From Chiloscyllium plagiosum (Eukaryota), in NCBI RefSeq assembly GCF_004010195.1, contig NC_057719.1, positions 49,809,662-49,852,924 on the forward strand: a stretch of 43,263 nt of DNA. Reading direction: 5' to 3'. The position numbers and the translations under genes were made by a program. This document shows positions 37,271 through 43,263 of the stretch, piece after piece (position 1 is the first letter of the stretch; the number at the start of each line of letters is the position of its first letter). The notes beneath the pieces are model-generated. The model was not told the origin of the DNA, ran no database searches, and saw only the letters and a list, made by a program, of their open reading frames with translations.

Positions 37271-37684
37271 AGGCCAGATAGATTATCAACTCAACACTAT
37301 TGGCTTAACATAGTTGTAAATGCTTCAGCCATTGAGCCTAATGATCAAAGTTTCTTCACAAAAGGTGCACAGGTGACATCTGTTTATGAATTTTCCAGTT
37401 TCGTTCCAATTGTTCTTTGAAAATTATCCATAATAAACAAATTGAATTTAATGTTACCATGTACTGGAATTTCTAAAGCAGTGTTTTACCAAACTGTTTT
37501 CCAATGTGACACAATTTTACAACTTGAAAATGAATATGGCCCCAGACACAAATAAAATCAAAACAGTATTAAAGAAATAAGGGTAGAATTGAGATTATAA
37601 TTATTAAAGGCTTGTCCAAATGGCAGTTCAGGGGCCAGACTGTGGCCCACCAATGCTGTGAATGTGGCCCATAAGGAAGTGGAA

Positions 37685-37888
37685 CAAACACAGCCAATTC
37701 TGGAGAAACTCAGCAGGCCAGGCAACATCTGTTGACAGAGAAATAGAGTTAACAGAAATTCTGAAGGGGAGGCAATCCAGACTTGAAATGTTAATTCAAT
37801 TTCTGTTTCCACAGGTGTTGCCAGACCTGCTGAGTTTCTCAAGCATACTGTTTTGTTTTCAGATTTTCAGTATCTGCAATATTGTTTA
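37685..37888. mobile_element. Old inverted PLE-terminus repeat
   Basis: Arms GAGAAACTCAGCAGG..GGCAACATCTGT and ACAGGTGTTGCCAGACCTGCTGAGTTTCTC, with a decayed CTGAAGG..GAAATGTT between them. Confidence 0.75.
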
Positions 37889-38249
37889 AGTTAGGAAGTG
37901 GATTAGAAAATCACTACAAAGTTGCTTATTCAATCACAGGCTGTTTTCTCCCTGCATGTGGGGCTAATAGACTGAGGAAGGGAAGTAATTTGTGATTGGA
38001 TGAGCAGCAAATAGTGTGCAGATTAGTGGCTTCTCTTTAGTTCCCCATAGTCCTCTGTCTCTCCACTTGTTACCACATGCCCAATCATTTAGTGTCAAGC
38101 AACAAATTAAGATTTTTGCATCACATTACATTGCTGCATTTTTGCACATCAGTGGAAAAGGAATTACCCTTCCAACCACAATTTATGTTTGGAAGCCAAA
38201 TGATGTGAGCCTGAAACCAATTGTGTAGTGATTGTAAGGCACAAGAGCA

Positions 38250-39560
38250 TCTTCTTCAAAGACAGAGGTGACCAGATAGACAGCTATCAAAATTACGATA
38301 TGGGCAGAGAATATGAGTTAGAAATCTAAGATTAAAATTGAGACACTGGCAAAGTTTTCTAAAATATGCAAATCATAGAAGGTCATTGCTAATTATGGTG
38401 AGAAGGATCAAGAGCTGGTTCAGTCCATTGTATAGCATACCATTCATGCATAAAGAAAGTGAAGTAGCCATTCCATTGATGGTGATTGTGCAGTAGGTGT
38501 TGCATGTCAACAATTAGCAAGAAGTCGACCACATTGTCAAACAAATGCAACAGGGAACAACCTATCCCTCTGCGACAGGTATATGATCACCAGATCAGGA
38601 CAAATTGGACATGATAGTTTGGCATAATGCTTTTGTTATTAGGACTTGTTTGCCCTTGGAAATTACTAGTTGTGATACACTAAGTTCATCTCTATATGGT
38701 CAAAATGAACAAATGCTCACTGGTACCCCTTTTAAAATCTCAGGTCATCCCTGGATAATGATATTTCACATCTCTTACAATTGTTAATCTTCAACTATTG
38801 GTGGCTGTAACTCTTCAAACTGGCTCTGGCCAAAGTTACAGATCAACCTTCAAAATATTTTCAATTAATAGTCTGGACTATCAATGTATAGATCAACAGG
38901 AGTATCCTGATCTTTATATGAGCAGGGTAATCTGCTTAGTGTGTGTCAGATATAGTCATCCTGGTAGCTGGTTTATATCTTATTTCAAAGTCTATCCTTG
39001 GGGATCGTTGACTGATTCAGTTGTATTACATGTAGTCTGTTCCACCAAAAGGGCATAGTTTGAATCTTATGAATTGTGATTACGTTGAGATATATGCATA
39101 TTGGTAGTCCTGCCACTGCAAAATGGTTGGTGACTACCAGGTAGACAATTTTGGGAAACCATAATGAGTTTTTGTATTGGCACAGCAGTGCAATTCTGTC
39201 AATGCATGGAAGTGATGATTCACTTTGAGACAGTCTTTCATAGGCTGTACCATGGCAGTTCCACCTGCTGAGGTACATCTTTAAGGATGCGGACTGGTAC
39301 CATGCTGGCCTTTTCCCTAGTGTTGATTTTAGTTTTGCACTTTGTACTATCCTGGCTTCTGACAGCCTGACACAGTGTATGAGGTTAACAGTAAAAAAAG
39401 CTTCATCCGGCACATGTAAACCTTAGTGTCAAACGCTTTACACATTGAGTAAAGCAGGCCAGGTAGGTACACCAGACCATATCTGCTAGAGATATTGTTG
39501 CTTTGGTCCACTTTGCTACAGCAAAACCAAGTAGTTGTGGACCTGCCACAGTGGTTTCAT
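38250..39560 (+). mobile_element. Possible highly decayed LINE (endonuclease and linker region)
   Basis: Only faint remnants (KLDMI, F..ADW, FIRH..KP, WT) in the expected order. No intact motif. Confidence 0.25.
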
Positions 39561-39605
39561 ATTAGTCTCCATTTTCAAGTAATGTGTCTTTCGTTTCTCA
39601 CTTAC

Positions 39606-39716
39606 CCAAATGATCCTTTCGAAGGACTTAAATTTGCATCGAGGTCATAGCTCTCTCAACGTAGATCTGACATTTCCTCTTCAGAAATGTCACGCTCACA
39701 TCCTTTGCTGCAGCAT
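39606..39716 (-). other. Putative exon (111 nt)
   Basis: Strong donor GG|GTAAGT (39600-39605), weak acceptor TTCAAAG. It would follow an 86-nt intron and contains stops in all frames. Confidence 0.25.
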
Positions 39717-39802
39717 CTTTGAACAAGCTAGTCAACAGAATCCCAGGACAGCTATCTGTATATCATTTGTTCAAGTCTGTTAATCCTAACGTTAATTCTT
39801 AC

Positions 39803-39914
39803 CTTGAATTGGTTTTCGACAACCTTCCGGAGAGATTGGTGTGTTAATTCTGTGAAGCCTCTCCTTACCAATGGCAAGTAAAATCTTTAGAACATCTTTT
39901 TCAGGATCACCTAC
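39803..39914 (-). other. Putative exon (112 nt) of an unidentified transcript
   Basis: Acceptor TTCTATTTTACAG| and donor AAG|GTAAGA. One open frame VGDPEKDVLKILLAIGKERLHRINTPISPEGCRKPIQ, which I do not recognise. Confidence 0.4.
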
Positions 39915-40868
39915 CTGTAAAATAGAACTGCATATACACTGAACAGTTGTAATTTATGAAGGTGTCACTGGATGCTGCCAGATCTATAATGGGATTTCTG
40001 CTATCCATAATTTTGCCATTAAAACATTGGGCTGCAACATCTTGAACCATGCCCTGACTTTTTTTCGATATCAATTTAAAACTGCTCTTTCTTTAAGAGC
40101 ACAGACTTTGCAGCTGCTGTGAGAAACTGTTATTTATGTATCCTGGAACAAACTAGCTCGAGCTTCTGCATTTTACTACGCTGGCTTTCTGTTCCAGTAC
40201 ACTTCTGACCTTTTAGTTTTCTTTCTTTTATTTAAGGCAGTTCTAGAAATTACTGAAACTTACATTCTAATCAAAAAGAAATTAACTCTGTTTTCTTGAT
40301 AGTTAATGTGTTATCTAGAGATTTCTGCAGCTGTCGTTACTCTTAGAAACTGACAAGACCCAGCGTGAGGAACTCCCCCACTGTCCAAGTCCTCCGCCTT
40401 CTAAAGTTGTTGTCCGTTGTTCATTTATTAGTTAGCTGTGCTGCTCAGCACTTTTTGATCATTTTCAATAATTATTCATTTGAACTATCAATGTATTGCT
40501 TCAGAATTGTGTTGGTTTTTCTGAAATTCACGATTACCATTATGCCAAACCATGTCTTTCTGAAATATTGTCACCTTCCCCATCCACCAACTTCAAAAAA
40601 TATTGTAATGTAGACCCTATGTCATAAGGTATTATTGCTCTGCTCACAATATGTAAATATGGAAGTCTGAATTTTACTATACTTGGTAAAAATCTTAGTA
40701 TTTTATATATTCACCGGTCCAACATCTAGTGTTCCAATTCATGGGTCTTGGCTGGAGAATCAATGGATGCTATTGAGGTTCATATTTGCATTCAGTATTA
40801 TTGATCTGAAGTAACATTGCAACAAGAATCTCTAATGGCCTTTTAACTTGATTAATTTTAATGTAAGG

Positions 40869-41046
40869 AGAAAGTGAGGACTGCAGATGCTGGAGATAAG
40901 AGCTGAAAATGTGTTGCTGGAAAAGCGCAGCAGGTCAGGCAGCATCCAAGGAACAGGAGAATCGACGTTTCGGGCATGAGCCCTTCTTCAGAAATGATGG
41001 ATGCTGCCTGACCTGCTGCGCTTTTCCAGCAACACATTTTCAGCGC
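40869..41046. mobile_element. Young inverted-repeat PLE-terminus element with an intact hammerhead core
   Basis: Perfect 47-bp arms 40902-40948 and 40998-41044. Minus-strand CTGAAGA-A-GGGC-TCAT-GCCC-GAAA-CGTC in the loop. 16-bp duplication TAATTTTAATGTAAGG at 40853-40868 and 41047-41062. Confidence 0.92.
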
Positions 41047-41269
41047 TAATTTTAATGTAAGGTGAGTCAAATCAGCTTTTAATTGTTTACTGAGGAATTC
41101 AAATGACAAAATAACAATAGCCTAAATATTCCAGGGGCAGCAATCACCGTCTGATTGGCGAAAAGACATCACCTTTACTTGTACATTCACGAATGCACTG
41201 AAAAACTTTGGTATGTTGAAACAACTTTGCAGTTTGTCAGTAGATTGGTAACAGTAAGTGGGTAATTGT

Positions 41270-41640
41270 GTAGGTACTTAAGTGGTTGAGACAATGGGTA
41301 AGGGTGGCAAGATGATAGAGTATAAGAGTGGTAAGGTTAGCAGGGTGGTAACTACTTAGGGGCAGATGGGTAAGGGGGCAAGGTGGGTAGGGTAACAGGT
41401 AGGAGGATGGAAGACGATTGAGATTGATAGGTCAGGACAGGAGGAGTTGTCTATCCCGGGCTAATCGGGGAAGGTGTTTTGTGGGGTCTAAAGTTTAGAT
41501 GGGAGGTTGCGGATTTTGGCTATTGAGGTCAGGTGAGTGTCAGTGAGTTCAGGATGGGTCAGAGGATCAAGAGAAGTTGATAGTGGGGTGTAGTCAGGTT
41601 AGGTGTGAAAAGATGAGGATTCAAAGGAGTTGATCAGGTA
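41270..41640. repeat. G-rich low-complexity tract with a G-quadruplex motif (41359-41392)
   Basis: GGGG-CAGAT-GGG-TAA-GGGGG-CAAGGT-GGG-TA-GGG. Confidence 0.6.
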
Positions 41641-41959
41641 TTAAATAGGCAGCCAGTGAAGTGCGTTGTAGCCTGGGGTCCAGATTTTCCAATGGCATGA
41701 TCATTCTGCAGCATAAGTGGGAATTGAGGCTTGGAACCTTGCAGAATCCCCTGTGAAGCAAACTCCAAGGGAGTTTTCCAGGAAAATTAAGATTTGAATG
41801 GACGATTATCCTGCACTTGGAACCCTCCAAAAGTATCCATTTAAATTTGAGCATTTGAAGGGTTCCACTGAAGTTAAATGAATAATTATTCAAGTAAAGT
41901 TAGACAATAAACCCCGAGGCTAACCTCTGGAAGACTATGAAGCTGACCTCTTAACTTAC

Positions 41960-42340
41960 CACAAGCTCCCTCCTTCCCCAACCAGACACCTCTCTGGACC
42001 CTGACCTAACACCAATCCCACCCTCTCCACAACACTGCTGAACCCATCCCCAAACATAACTCCCCTCTCCCCACCACAGAATGTTCTGCACCGTACCATT
42101 GGACTTGCCACCCTCCTCTTCCCCTGGTAACACAATTCTCCCTGTCTTGGGGCCTTATATACCCAACTCCTCCATGATCCATCAGTCCTCTCTGCATCCG
42201 GATCCCCCTCCCAGGACCCAATACCCTGAAGCCACCCCACCGACCTGAACACTCAATCACTTCATTAGGACCCTACCACTATGTGCCCTGTCACCCGACT
42301 CACCTAGCACACTACTGAGCTGGTACGCTACCTACCTTGC
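41960..42340. repeat. C-rich low-complexity tract (similar composition to 5150-5960)
   Basis: Dense CCC/ACC/ACCC runs. Confidence 0.55.
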
Positions 42341-42831
42341 ACCCTAAGCTCATATTTGCCAGACATATGTACCCCTTTAACAGGAATGGTCAAAGCAGCT
42401 GTTTGTGTTGCTGGACATTTAAATCACAGAATACAGGATATGGGGGGATGAGGGTTTTCCTTCCCCCAACTGACCTGCAGTATGAGAGCACAGTAGGATT
42501 AAGTTATACTCCTCACTTCTGCAGGAGCATGATTGGAATCTCTTACCAGAAATGCAGAGCTCCTTCTTAACAGAAAAATGCAGAAGCAGAGAGGCAACCT
42601 GACTAGGAAATCCAGCCTATGATTGTTTTCTTCTGACTCACTGCTCTTGGTAACTATCCAGGTCAGTAAGTCAGAACTATCTGAAGACTCCAACTCAGCT
42701 TTGGAGACAGTTTCTGAGGGATCCAGGGACCAAGGGAGCAGGTACTTTGCTCATGGAAGTTCAAACTTCCCAGGCAGTTCCTATAGGAATCTCTGTGCAG
42801 TCCTGTGCATTAGAATCTCTGTGCAGTCCTG

Positions 42832-43263
42832 ACATAGAGTCATAGAGTTTGTACAGCATGGAAACAGACCCTTTGATCCAATCCGTCCATGCCGACCAGA
42901 CATCCCAATCCAATCTAGTCCCACCTGCCAGCACCCGGCCCATATACCTCCAAACCCTTCCTGTTCATATAACCATCCAAATGCCTCTTAAATGTTGCAA
43001 ATGTACCAAGCCTCCACCACTTCCTCTGGCAGCTCATTCCATACACGTACCACTCTCTGCGTGGAAAAGTTGCCCCTGAGATCTCTTTCATATCTTTCCC
43101 CTCTCACCCTAAAACCTATGTCCTCTAGTTCTGGATTCCCCGACCCCAGGGAAAAGACTTTGTCTATTTATCCTATCCATGCCCCTCATAATTTTGTAAA
43201 CCTCTATAAGGTCACACCTCAGCCTCCGACGCTCCAGGGAAAACAGCCCCAGCCTGTTCAGAC
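42832..43263 (-). mobile_element. CR1 (HER1-like) 3' end, runs off the window
   Basis: (TCTATGAC)n tail at 42832-42848. Homologous to 30371-30800. Confidence 0.92.

Noticed and set aside
38985..39413. 142-aa ORF as a gene
   Set aside because: No recognisable domain. It probably lies antisense to decayed LINE sequence.
39655..39716. Insulin/relaxin A-chain-like CCSKGC on the minus strand
   Set aside because: The final Cys is missing, a stop follows, and there is no B-chain context.
39712..39780. SECIS-like or pre-miRNA hairpin (TTGAACAA...TTGTTCAA with ATGA..TGA)
   Set aside because: The upper helix pairs poorly, there is no apical AA motif, and I recognise no mature miRNA.
1..43263. CRISPR array or prokaryotic operon/defence system
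   Set aside because: No regularly spaced repeat-spacer array and no dense coding. The recurrent short repeats are dispersed eukaryotic retroelement termini.

Overview
Repeat-dense vertebrate genomic DNA, most likely a shark (inferred from an HE1-type SINE and HER1/CR1 LINEs), intronic or intergenic, with one 332-N assembly gap (33844-34175). I could not identify any host protein-coding gene with confidence. Most listed ORFs are fragments or antisense shadows of retroelements. Contents: about a dozen CR1 LINE copies, nearly all on the minus strand, including one near full-length copy with an esterase-type ORF1 and one young copy with a 385-aa open RT segment; several L2/CR1-superfamily LINE fragments; a decayed two-LTR Gypsy element with nested insertions; a fossil two-gene PIF/Harbinger DNA transposon; and two Penelope-like element (PLE) families. 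The most notable signal is a dispersed family of short PLE-terminus elements carrying a minimal hammerhead-ribozyme core (CTGANGA-A-GGGC-loop-GCCC-GAAA-CGTC). Several copies are inverted-repeat hairpins flanked by 12-16 bp target-site duplications. A small cluster of exon-like segments on the minus strand (39606-39914) may belong to an unannotated transcript. All family names come from motif recognition, not database searches, and the boundaries of old repeats are approximate.
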